Part shown: in pieces, positions 13,014 through 23,189 of the stretch
How positions within the stretch are numbered: position 1 is the first letter of the stretch
Layout of the letters: each line of letters opens with the position of its first letter
Assembly: GCF_004010195.1 (NCBI RefSeq)
Contig: NW_025215369.1
Span: forward strand, 1 to 35,906
Origin: Chiloscyllium plagiosum
Lineage: Eukaryota
Direction: 5' to 3'
Length of the DNA stretch: 35,906 nucleotides
Program-made: the position numbers and the translations under genes
The notes under the pieces: model-generated
Told to the model about the DNA's origin: nothing
What the model saw: the letters and a program-made list of their open reading frames with translations, nothing else
Database searches by the model: none

Positions 13014-13230
13014 ATATGGAAAACCTATCACATTTCCAACGCCCCTCCTCCAAGTCCCTCCTCCCTACCTTTTATCTTCTCCTGCTGAACACTCTCTGTT
13101 CATTCCTGAAGAAGGGCCTGTGCCCGAAACGTCGAATCTCCTGTTCCCTGGATGCTGCCTGACCTGCTGTGCTGTTCCAGCAATAAAGTTTCAACTTTGA
13201 TCTCCAGCATCTGCAGACCTCACTTTCTCC
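13014..13230 (+). mobile_element. Solo Penelope pLTR with intact HHR
   Basis: Near-identical to the reverse complement of 16119-16325. TSD TCTATGTTCTATGAGT at 12998-13013 and 13231-13246. About 10 extra nt (ATATGGAAAA) sit at the 5' junction. Confidence 0.92.
13102..13137 (+). ncRNA. Minimal type I hammerhead ribozyme motif
   Basis: ATTC-CTGAAGA-A-GGGC(CTGT)GCCC-GAAAC-GTC-GAAT: helix I ATTC/GAAT, stem II GGGC/GCCC, palindromic ACGT in place of helix III. Confidence 0.85.
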
Positions 13231-13409
13231 TCTATGTTCTATGAGTCTAACTTCCTTTATTAGATGAGACGTTCCATAAAGCGCCTGTGCTGCGCTGTCA
13301 TATTCTAAGTTCCATTCGTCTAAATTCCTTTGCTCGCTGAACAGTTCCACAAAGGGCCTGTACTGCGCTGCAATGGTCATTGTTCGATGAGTCTAACTTC
13401 ATTTATTAG

Positions 13410-13551
13410 AGCTGAAAATGTGTTGCTGGAAAAGCGCAGCAGGTCAGGCAGCATCCAGGGAACAGGAGAATCGACGTTTCGGGCATAAGCCCTTCTTATG
13501 CCCATTTTCAGCTCTGATCTCCAGCATCTGCAGACCTCACTTTCTCCTCAA
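13410..13551. mobile_element. Rearranged Penelope pLTR (two inverted halves)
   Basis: A minus-orientation part runs to ~13497, then the plus-orientation pLTR end follows at 13503-13549. TSD TAACTTCATTTATTAG at 13394-13409 and 13552-13567. Confidence 0.88.
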
Positions 13552-14414
13552 TAACTTCATTTATTAGCCAAGCGGTTCAATACAGGGCCTGAACTGCGCT
13601 TTAATATTCTATGCTCTATTAGTGTTACTTTCATTATTAGCCGTGTGGTCCCCGAAGGGGCCTGTACTGCCCGGTAATGTTCTATGTGTCTAACTTTCTT
13701 TATTAACCGAGCGTTTCCATAAAGGGATGTAATGTTCCATGTTCTATGTGTCTAACCTGCGTTAATAGCTGAGCGATTCCTTAAAGGCCCTGTACTGCGC
13801 TGTCATATTCTATTGTGTATTAGTCTAACTTGCTCTATTTGCCGAGTGTTTCCATCAAAGGACCTATACTGCGCTGAAACATTTTATGTTTTTTGAGTCT
13901 AAATTCCTTAATCAGCCGAGCAGTTCCATAAAGGGCCTGTCCTGCGCTAAAATGTGATATGTTATATTAGTCTAACTTCCTTTATTAGCCGAGCAGTTCC
14001 ATAAAGGGCCTGTACCGCGCTTTCATATGCTCTGATGTATTAGTCGAACTGCCTCTATTTACCGAGTTGTTCCATAAAAGGGCCTGTACTGCACTGAAAT
14101 ATTTTATTTTCTAAGAGTCTAAATTCCTTCATCAGCTGAGCAGTTCCATAAAGGGCCTGCACTGCGCTGAAATGTTATGTGTTATATTAGTCTAAGATCC
14201 AGTATTAGGCGAGTGGTTCCATGAAGGGCCTGTACTGTGCTGTAATGTTCTATGTGTCTAACATCCGTTATTAGCTGTGCATTTCCATAAAGGGCCTGTA
14301 CTGCCCTGTAATGTTCTGTGCTCTGAGTGTAGCTTTCTTTATTAACTGAGTGGTTCAATGCAGCGGCTGTACTGCGCTGTAATGTTCGATTTTCTCTGAG
14401 TGTAACGTCCGTTT

Positions 14415-14873
14415 TCCTATGTAATGTTTTGTGCAGTCCTTGCATGGGATTTTGTATACTATGTTGGACAAATAGGAAGACAGCTAATGATCCGCATCCA
14501 TGAACACCAATTAGCCACGAAACGACACGACCAGCTATCCTTAGTAGCCACACACGCAGATGACAAGCAACATGAGTTTGACTGGGACAACACTACTATT
14601 ATAGGACAAGCCAAACAGAGAACAGCCAGGGAATTCCTAGAGGCATGGCACTCATCCACTGATTCAATCAACAAGCACATCGACCTGGACCCAATATACC
14701 GGCCACTGCAGCGGAAAGCTGGAACTGACAACCGGATGCAGCAGATTCAAACCACTATAAATGCCGGAGAAAAGATCACAGAAGCGCTTCAGAGGAGGCT
14801 CCCAAGCACTGAGGAGGTCACCGACGAAACGTCTGCAACACAGATTCCCAGCTTGGCGAACACAAACACAACA
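14415..14873 (+). mobile_element. Second-family Penelope-like element, GIY-YIG 3' fragment with 5' inversion
   Basis: Encodes GQIGRQLMIRIHEHQLATKRHD...REFLEAWHS. Segment 14415-14465 is inverted (reverse complement gives NIVYKIPCKDCTKHYIG). Homologous to 34005-34628. Confidence 0.9.
14806..14836 (+). ncRNA. Minimal hammerhead ribozyme motif (31 nt)
   Basis: GCA-CTGAGGA-G-GTC(ACC)GAC-GAAAC-GTC-TGC, with helix I GCA/TGC. Confidence 0.78.
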
Positions 14874-16001
14874 TAATGTTCTATGTTCTCTGAGTGTAAC
14901 TTCCTTTATTAGCTGAGCGGTTCCATTAAGGGCCTGTACTGCGCTGTCATATTCTGTGGTGTATTAGTCTAACTTCCTATATTTGCCGAGCCGTTCCATA
15001 AAAGGGCCTATTCTGCGCTGAAACGTTTTATGTTCGATGAGTCTAAGTTCCTTAATCAGCCGAGCGTTTCCATAAAAGGACTGCACTGCGCTGTAATGTT
15101 CTGTGCTCTATGAGGGATCTTTCTTTATTAGCCGAGCGGTTCCATAAAGCGCCTGTGCTGTGCTGTAATGTTCTATGTTCTATGTGCCAATCATCTGTTA
15201 TTAGCCGTGCATTTCCATAAAGGGCTCGTACTGCGCTGTCATGTTTTCTGTTCTATGAGTCTAACTTCCGTTATCAGCCGAGTGGTTCCATAATGGGCCT
15301 GTGCTGCACTAAAATGTTATATGTTCTGTGAGTCTAACTACTTTTATTTACCGAGCGCTTCCTTTATTTGACGAGTGGTTGCATAAAAAGGCCTGTACTG
15401 CACTGAACAATTTTAAATTCCTTAATCAGCCGAGCAGTTCCATAAAGGGCCTGAACTGCGCTGTAATGTCCTATGTTCTGTCAGTGTAACTTTCTCTGTT
15501 AGCTGAGAGGTTCCATAAAGGGCATGAACTGCGTTGTAATGTTATATGCTGTGTTAGTCGAGTCAGCCGAATGGTTACATAAAGGGCATGTACTCTGCTG
15601 TAATGTTATATGTTGTAGTAGTCTAGCTTCCTTTATTAGCCGAAGGGTGCCGTAAAGGGCTGTAATGTGCTGTGTTCTATGAGTCAAACTTCCTGTGTTA
15701 GCCGAGCGGTTCCATGATATGCCTGCACTGCGTTGTCATATTCCATGTTGTATCAGTCTAACTTCCTTTATCAACGAAGCGGGTTCACAAAGGGCCTGTA
15801 CCGCGCTTTAACGTCATATGTTGTATGTTGTATTAGTCTAGCTTCGTTTACCAGCTGAATGGTTACATAACGGGCCTGTACTGCACTGTAATGTTAAATG
15901 TTGTAGTAGGAGAAAGTGAGGTCTGCAGACGCTGGAGATCAAAGCTGAAACTTTATTGCTGGAACAGCACAGCAGGTCAGGCAGCATCTAGGGAACAGAA
16001 G

Positions 16002-16037
16002 ATTCGACGTTTCGGGCACATGCCCTTCTTCAGGAAT
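16002..16037 (-). ncRNA. Minimal hammerhead ribozyme motif (tandem copy 1)
   Basis: Reverse complement: ATTC-CTGAAGA-A-GGGC(ATGT)GCCC-GAAAC-GTC-GAAT. Confidence 0.85.
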
Positions 16038-16211
16038 GAGCAGAGAGTGTTCAGGGCAGAGAGCTTCTTCAAGGAAGGCATCCTTGTAAGAGGATTCGCA
16101 GTAGGTTGAAATCTTCGAGGAGAAAGTGAGGTCTGCAGACGCTGGAGATCAAAGCTGAAACTTTATTGCTGGAACAGCACAGCAGGTCAGGCAGCATCCA
16201 GGAAACAGGAG

Positions 16212-16247
16212 ATTCGACGTTTCGGGCACAGGCCCTTCTTCAGGAAT
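16212..16247 (-). ncRNA. Minimal hammerhead ribozyme motif (tandem copy 2)
   Basis: Reverse complement: ATTC-CTGAAGA-A-GGGC(CTGT)GCCC-GAAAC-GTC-GAAT. Confidence 0.85.
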
Positions 16248-18167
16248 GAGCAGAGAGTGTTCAGCAGGAGAAGATAAAGGGTAGGGAGGAGGGACTTGGA
16301 GGAGGGGCGTTGGAAATGTGATAGGTGGAGAGAGGTCAAGGTGAGGGTGATAGGTCGGAGTAGGGTGGAGGCGGGGAGGTCAAGAAGAAGACTGCAGGTC
16401 AGGAGGGCGGTGCCGGGCTGGAGGGATTCGGCTGAGACAAGGTGGGGGGAGGGGGGATGAAGAAACTGGTGAAGTCCAAGTTCATCCCCTGTGGTTGGAG
16501 AGTTCCCAGTCGGAAGATAAGGACGCTCCTCCTCCGACCGTCGCGTTGTTGTGGTTTGGCGGTGGATGAGTCCAATGACCTGCATATCCTCGGTGGAGTG
16601 GGAGGGGGAGTTGAAATGCTGTGCTACAGGGTGATTGGGTTGGTTCGTCCGGGTGGCCCAGAGGTGCTCTCTGAATCGCTCCGCAAGTAGGCGGCCTGTC
16701 TCCCCAATATAGAGGAGGCCACACCGGCTGCCGCGGATGCAGTAGATGATGTGGGTGGAGGTGCAGGTGAATCTGTGGCGGATATGGAAGTTTCCTTTGG
16801 GGCCTTGGAGAGAAGTGAGGGGGGAGGTGTGGGCGCAAGTGTTGCACCTCCTGCGGTTGCAAGGGAAGGTGCCGGGAGTGGAGGTTGGGTTGGTGGGGGG
16901 TATGGATCTGACAAGGGAGTCGCGGAGGGAGTGGTCTCTACGGAAAGCTGATAGAGGAGGGGAGGGAAATATATCCTTGGTGGTGGGGTCCGTTTGGAGG
17001 TGGCGGAAGTTGTAGTAAATGTTGTAGTAATCTAGCTTCCTTTATCAGCCGAGTAGTTCCCAAAAAGGTCTATAATGCTCTATATTCTATGAGTCAAACT
17101 TCATTTATTAGACGAGTGGTTCCATAAAGGGCCTGTACTGTGCTGCAATGTTCTATGTTGTATTCGTCTAACAAATGTTATTTGCTGAGCATTTCCAAAA
17201 AGGGCCTGTACTGCGCTGCAATGCTCTATGTCCTATGAGTCTAACTGTCTTTATTAGCTGTGTGGTTCCATAAAGGGCCTGGACTGTTCTGTATTATATA
17301 ACTGTTCTATAACTCTAACTTCCTTATTGGCCGAGCGGATCCACAAAGGGCTGGTACTGCGCTGTAATGGTCTATGGTCTATGTGTCTAACTTGCTGTAT
17401 GAGCTGAGCCGTTCTATAAAGGGCCTGTACTCTGCTGTCATGTTCTATGCTCTATGAGTGGAGCTTCCAGTATTTGCCGAGCGGTTCCATAAAGAGCCTG
17501 CACTGTGCTATCATATTCTATGTTGTTTTAATCTAACTTCCTTTATTAGCCGAGTGGTTTTATAAAGGGCCTGTGCTGCACTGTCATGTTCTATGTTCTT
17601 TGTATCTAATCCCATTATTAGCAGAGCGGTTCCATGAAAGGCTTGTACTGCGTTGTGATGTTCTAAGTTCTATGAGTCTAACTTCCTTAATTAGCCGAGT
17701 GGTTCTATAAAAGGTCTGTACCACGCTGTCATGTTCTATGTTGCATTAGTCTAACTTCCTTTATTAGATACGACCCATAAAGGGTCTGTACCGAGTTGTA
17801 AATTTCTATACTGCATTAGTCTAACTTCCTTTATTAGCTGAGCGGTTCCAAAAAAGGGACCGTATTATGCTGTAAAGTAACATGACCTATGCGTCTATCA
17901 TCCTTTATTAGCTGAGCGGTTCCAGAAAGTGCCTATACTGCGCTATAATGTTGTATGTTCTATGAGACTAACTTTCTGTATTAGCCGAGTGGTTCATTAA
18001 GGGCCTATACTGTGCTGTAATGTTATGTGTTGCATTAGTCGTACTTCATTTATTAGCTGTGCATTTCCATAAAGGGCCTGTACTGCACTGTAATTTTCTA
18101 TGTTCTTTGAGTCTGAGATCCATTAATAGCCGAGTGGTTCCATGAAAGGCCTGTACTGCGTTGTAAT

Positions 18168-18360
18168 GAGTTTAGATTGGATTCCCAAAAGTGTGGAAAC
18201 AGGCCCTTCAGTCCAACCAGTCCACACCGATCCGCCGAAGAGTAACCCATCTAGACCCATTTCCCTCAAACAAATGCACCTAGCACTACAGGCAATTGAG
18301 CATGGCCAACTCACCTAACATGCACATCTTTCGACTGTGGGAGGGAACCGGAGCAGCCGA
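18168..18360 (-). mobile_element. 5'-truncated HE1-like V-SINE
   Basis: Similar to the 3' half of 18682-18986, including the LINE-derived tail GAAGGGCCTGTTTCCACACT...TCTAA. Confidence 0.82.
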
Positions 18361-18681
18361 TAATTTTCTATGTTCTATAAGTCTAACGTCCATTATTAGC
18401 CGAGTGGTTCCACAACGAGTATGTACTGTGCAATAATATTCTCTGTTCGATAAGTCTAACGTCCAGTATTAGCTGAGTGATACCAGAAAGGGCCTGTACT
18501 GCGCTGTAATGTTCTGTGTTCAATGAGTCTAACTTCCTTTATTAGCCGAGTGGTTCCACAAAGGGATTATAATGCGCTGTGATGTACTCAGTCCTATGAG
18601 TCTAGCTTTCTTTATTAACCAAGTCGTTCTATAAAGGGCTGGACTGTGCTATAATGTTCTATGTTGTAGTTGTCTAGTTTC

Positions 18682-18986
18682 TTTTTTTTTAGACTAGATT
18701 AGATTGCTTACAGTGTGGAAACAGGCCCTTCGGCCCAACAAGTCCACACCGCCCCACCGAAGCGCAACCCACCCAGACCCCTACATTTACCCCTATACCT
18801 AACACTACGGGCAATTTAGCGTGGCCAATTCACCTGTGGGAGGAAACCGGAGCACCCGGAGGAAACCCACGCAGACACGGGGAGAACGTGCAAACTCCAC
18901 ACAGTCAGTCGCCTGAGGCGGGAATTGAACCCGGGTCTCTGGCGCTGTGAGGCAGTAGTGCTAACCACTGTGCCACCGTGCCGCCC
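18682..18986 (-). mobile_element. HE1-like tRNA-derived V-SINE, near full length
   Basis: The minus strand has an A box (TGGCACAGTGG), a B box (GGTTCAATTCC), the V-domain TGTGTGGAGTTTGCACGTTCTCCCCGTGTCTGCGTGGGTTTCC, a CR1-like tail and an A-rich end. Confidence 0.9.
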
Positions 18987-19658
18987 ACTGAGCGGTTCCA
19001 TAAAGGTCCTGTACTGCGCTGGCATGCTCTTAATATTCGAGGAGTATAACTTCATTTATTAGCCGAGCAGTTCCATGAAGGGCCTGTACTGCAGTCCAAT
19101 TTTCTGTATTGCATTAGTCGAACTTCCTTTATTAGACAAGCGGTTCCATACAGCACCTGTTCCACGCTGCAATGCTCTGTCTGCTATGAGTCGAACTTCC
19201 TTTATTAGCCAAGCATTTCCATAAAGGGCCTGTACTGCGCTGTCATGTTCTATGTCCATGAGTCTAACTTACTTTATTAGCCGAGTGGTTCCAGAAGCAT
19301 CATGTAATGCGCTGTAATGTTCTGTGTTCTATGTGTCTCACTTCCTTTATTAGCAGAGTGATTCCATAAAGGACATGTACTGTGCTGTATCTTCTGTGTT
19401 CTATGAGTCTAACTTCCTGTATTAATCGAGCGGTTCCATAAAGGGCCTGTTGTGCGCTGTAATGTTCTATATTCTATGAGTCTAACTTTCTTTATTAACT
19501 GAACTGTTCCAGAAAGGCCATGTACTGCGCTGTAATGTTCTATGTGTCTAACTTCCTGTATTAGCTGAGCGGTTCCATAAAAGGCCTATACTGTGCTGTA
19601 ATGTTCTATGAGTCTAACTTACGTTAATGGCTGAGTGGTTCCGGAAAGGGCTTATACT

Positions 19659-20310
19659 TGTGAAACATAATTTCCCACGCACAAAGCCATGTCGACTATC
19701 CCTAATCAGTCGTTGTCTTTCCAATTACATGGTCATCCTGTACCTCAGCACTCCCCCTACAGCTTGCCCACCACCGATGTCATGCTCGCTGGTCTATAGT
19801 TCCCTGGCTTGTCCTTACCACCCTTCGTAAACAGTGGCACCACGTTAGCCAGCATCCAGTCTTCGAGCACCTCACCTCTCACTATCAAAGATACAAATAT
19901 CTCAGCAAGCGACCATCAATCACTTCCCTGGCTTCCCACAGAGTTCTTGGGTACCCCTGGTCAGATCCTGGGGATTTATCCACTTTTATACGTTTCAAGA
20001 TATCCAGTACTTCCTCCTCTGTAATATGGACATTTTTCAAGATGTCACCACCTATTTCCTTACATTCCAAGTCCTTTTCCACAGGAAATACTGATGCAAG
20101 ATACTCATTTAGTATCTCCCAATCTCCTGCGGCTAGACATAAAGGCCACCTTGCTGATTTTTGAGGGGTCCTCTTCTCTCCCTCGTCAGCCCTTTGTCAG
20201 TAATGTATTTGCAAAAACCGTTTCGATTCTCCTCAATTCTTTTTATCAAAGCAATCTCATGTCCCCTTTTAGATCTCCTTATTTTCCTCTTAAGTAAACT
20301 CCTACTAAGG
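19659..20310 (-). mobile_element. CR1 LINE ORF2 fragment bounding the satellite
   Basis: Minus strand encodes ITEEEVLDILKRIKVDKSPGSDQGYPRTLWEARE and HGFVRGK. Confidence 0.88.
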
Positions 20311-20859
20311 TGAAATGTTGCAGTCTTCTTATTTATTATTTCATCCATGTCCTTATTCTCCACATGATAAACACTACCCTGTTCCCACTCTTTCTGATAA
20401 TTTATTATTTAAAGATATTTTGTAAATAACCTGTTCACAGATGTTACGCTGCATCTGAGAAACTGGTGGAGCTTGAACCTATGCCTTCTGGCTCAGAGGT
20501 AAGAAACTACAACTGTGCCAAAAAAGCCCCTTCTTTTACTAACTGTAGGTTAACCATAAATCTAATCTCATGTGCTATCTTCACTCCTCTTCTAGACCAC
20601 TTCCATGCCTTTCACCTCCAGTTCAGGGTTAATGAAGAAAATAAAAAAAATCTAAAACTGACATGAGAAGTAAATTTTATTAAACATTATTGCATAACAT
20701 GAGTCTGAAGTGCATTTAAAAGCACAGGGGAATGTTCAGACAACTGCTGCAGTTAGGTATTGTCAGACAGCTGTTTTTCGCCAAAATAAAGGGAGTAGAA
20801 TCTTGTGAATCCGTGGTTTAATTCTTCCTGCTCAGCAGTCAGGCATTTATCAACCTTAT

Positions 20860-21860
20860 AGATCTTAACCGCTCCTATCATACCTGCCTGCACCACTACA
20901 CCTCACACTGAGTTCTAGACACCTACCACTTAGTGTAAAAACACTTGCCCCTCACATCTCCTTTGAACTTACCCTCTCTCATTTTAACTGCATACCCCCT
21001 AGTATTGGACATATCAACTGTGGGGGAAAAGGATTCTCACTGTCAACTTTATCTCAACTGAACAGATTTCTATCAAGCCTCCCCTCCGCTTCCACTGCAT
21101 CACAGTGGAAGCCTGTCCTTATAGCTTATATCCTTTAATCCAGGCAACATCCTGTTCACTCTCTTCTGCACCCTTTCCAAAGCCTCCTTATTCTTCTTAT
21201 GTGGCAACCAGAATTGAGCACAATACTCTAACAGAAGAACAACATTATCTACTCACCAGGCCTCGGGACCTCTCCAGCGACTAATGAGGATACCAAGACC
21301 ATGGTCAAGACCCCAGAAATCTCTTGCCTCACTCAATAACCTGGGGTAGATACCATCAGGACCTGGGGACTTATTCACCTTTATGCTCTTCCGGTGACCC
21401 AGAACTACTTCTTTCTTGATCACAAAATGCTGCAGCATATTAGCATGCTCCAAACAAATTTCACCATTCCCCACACCCTTCTCCTGGGTGAATACTGATG
21501 CAAAATAATCATTTAAGATCTCACCCACATCCTCTGCCTCCAAGCACCCGTTTCCTCCTTTATCCTTGAGTGGTCATTGGTTATACCTTCTCCCAAGTTA
21601 TCCTCTTATTTTTAATATATGTATAGAATGGCTTGGGATTCTCTTTAACTCTAATTGCCAAGGTCATTTCATGGCCCCCTCTTGCCCTCCTAATCCTTGT
21701 TTGAGTTTTTTGTCCTCTTTTCTTTATATTCCTCACAGGCCCTATTCAATTTTAACTTCTTAAACTTTATATATGCTTCTGTATTCCCTTTTGACGAAAT
21801 TCACAACCTCCCTGTCATTCACAACCTTGCCATCCGTATCCTTCCTCTTTTCTGGAACTT
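20860..21860 (-). mobile_element. Decayed CR1 fragments (3' region ~20860-21235; EN-RT linker ~21253-21860)
   Basis: Encodes GEILNDYFASVFT...KSPGPDGIYPRLLSEA and EYCAQFWLPH-like motifs. Confidence 0.82.
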
Positions 21861-21989
21861 GCTGGTCTCAATATAGAACCCCTGGGAACGCCACTCCATA
21901 CATTGCTCCAGCTGCAAAAATATCAATTGGCCATGGCTTTCTCTTTTCTAACAGTCAAGTCAATTTTGTCTCCAAGTTACCACTGCTGC

Positions 21990-22870
21990 TTGTACTATGA
22001 CCTGTAACCTTCCTCACTAATCTTATGGAAACGCATGTGTATCACATCAGTATCGCTGCCCACGTCTACTCTTTCCGTTAATTCATAAACTTTCAACAAG
22101 TTACCAATGCACAATTTCCCAATGACTTTTCCAAATCATCTCACCTTTTTTCTACGTGACCACGAGCTTTATCCTAAATAAAAGTTGCCAAGAGCTCTCC
22201 CATCACCAGAGTTAAACTGACAGGGATGTAACTGCCAAGAATGACCTCACAACCCTCCTTAGAACAAGCCTGGAATGTCATTCCTCCAGTCTCGGATACC
22301 TCCTCCCAGTCCAAGGAGACTCTAATGTCAATCCTCCAGTCTCCTGACACCTCCTTTCAATCCAGGGGAAACTGTAATGAAAATCCTCCAGTCTTCTGAC
22401 AACTTCTCCCAGTCCATAGAGATTGTAATGTCAATCCTCCAGTCTCCTGACACCCACTTCCCGTCCAGGGGAGACTGTTATGTTAATCCTCCAGTCTCCC
22501 GACACCGCATCCCAGTCAGGGGAGACTGTAATTCAATCCTCCAGTCTCCTGACACCCCCTCTCAGTCCAGCGGAGATTGTAATTTCAATCCTCCAGTCTC
22601 CTGACAGCACCTCCTAGTCCAGGGGTGACTGTAATATCAATCCTCCAGTCTCCTGACACATCCTCCCAGTCCAGAGGAGACTGTAATGTCCATCCCGCAG
22701 TCCCCTGACAACTCCTCCCAGTCCATGGGAGACTGTAATGTGAATCATCCAGCCTTCTGACACCTCCTCCCAGTCCAGGGGAGACTGCAATGTTTGGACC
22801 AGTGACCCCACAGTTTCTCTTCTCAATTCACTCAAAATCCTCGGATGTGTCTCATTCTGTCCTGGTTTTT
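21990..22870 (-). mobile_element. Old CR1 ORF2 fragment containing an internal tandem expansion
   Basis: PGQNETHPRILSELRRETVGSL...SPLDWEEVSEGW lies upstream of the repeat, and PVSLTLVMGELL-like sequence lies downstream, in colinear order. Confidence 0.75.
22272..22797. repeat. ~52-bp minisatellite, ~10 copies
   Basis: Unit CTGTAATGTCAATCCTCCAGTCTCCTGACACCTCCTCCCAGTCCAGGGGAGA. Confidence 0.95.
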
Positions 22871-22904
22871 TGCTAACTCCGGGTACCAACACAATTTGGA
22901 CAGC

Positions 22905-23040
22905 GACATTCTCAGAAAACTTCTGGAGGGGTATGGGCCAAATACAGCCAAATGGTCCTGGTTCACTTTCGGAAATCCGGTCAGTCCGAATGGGGTTGGA
23001 TCCAAGAGCCATTTTCCAGGCTGTGTGTGATTTATCTCTC
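22905..23040 (+). mobile_element. Decayed CR1 3' UTR
   Basis: GAGGGGTATGGGCCAAATACAGCCAAATGG resembles the CR1 tail at 28409-28440. Confidence 0.6.
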
Positions 23041-23189
23041 ATTCAGTTTGATTCCACTCACTCCGTCCTTCCCCGGGTCAAACATACGTGACTTCCTCCT
23101 TAGTATATCTGCACGTTAACAGTTTGTTGACTCACACCGAAACTATTTTCTCAGCCTCTTTGGAAGGATTTAATTATACCCTCTCACTG

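Larger units (their letters stand above)
15909..17015 (-). mobile_element. Young 5'-truncated Penelope-like element with tandem pLTRs
   Basis: The minus strand reads FTCTSTHIIYCIRGSRCGLLYIGETGRLLAERFREH, with one frameshift near 16522. pLTR copies start at 15909 and 16119. TSD TAAATGTTGTAGTA at 15895-15908 and 17016-17029. Confidence 0.95.
1..19657. repeat. Degenerate ~73-bp tandem satellite array, interrupted by retroelements
   Basis: Monomer consensus read by eye: GTCTAACTTCCTTTATTAGCCGAGYGGTTCCATAAAGGGCCTGTACTGCGCTGTAATGTTCTATGTTCTATGA. It recurs head-to-tail from position 1 until an abrupt junction with a CR1 fragment at ~19,658. Confidence 0.97.

Noticed and set aside
18915..18986. tRNA gene
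   Set aside because: The A and B boxes continue into a V-domain and LINE tail, so this is a SINE head.
460..19259. Short ORFs in the satellite and antisense to elements
   Set aside because: Chance frames in repetitive DNA with no domain motifs.
1..19657. CRISPR-like array
   Set aside because: The whole monomer repeats with diffuse divergence. There are no unique spacers or cas genes, and the context is vertebrate.
20440..20670. Possible tRNA-like SINE head (minus) and possible terminal exon after a TTCTAG acceptor
   Set aside because: Too short and degenerate to support either call.
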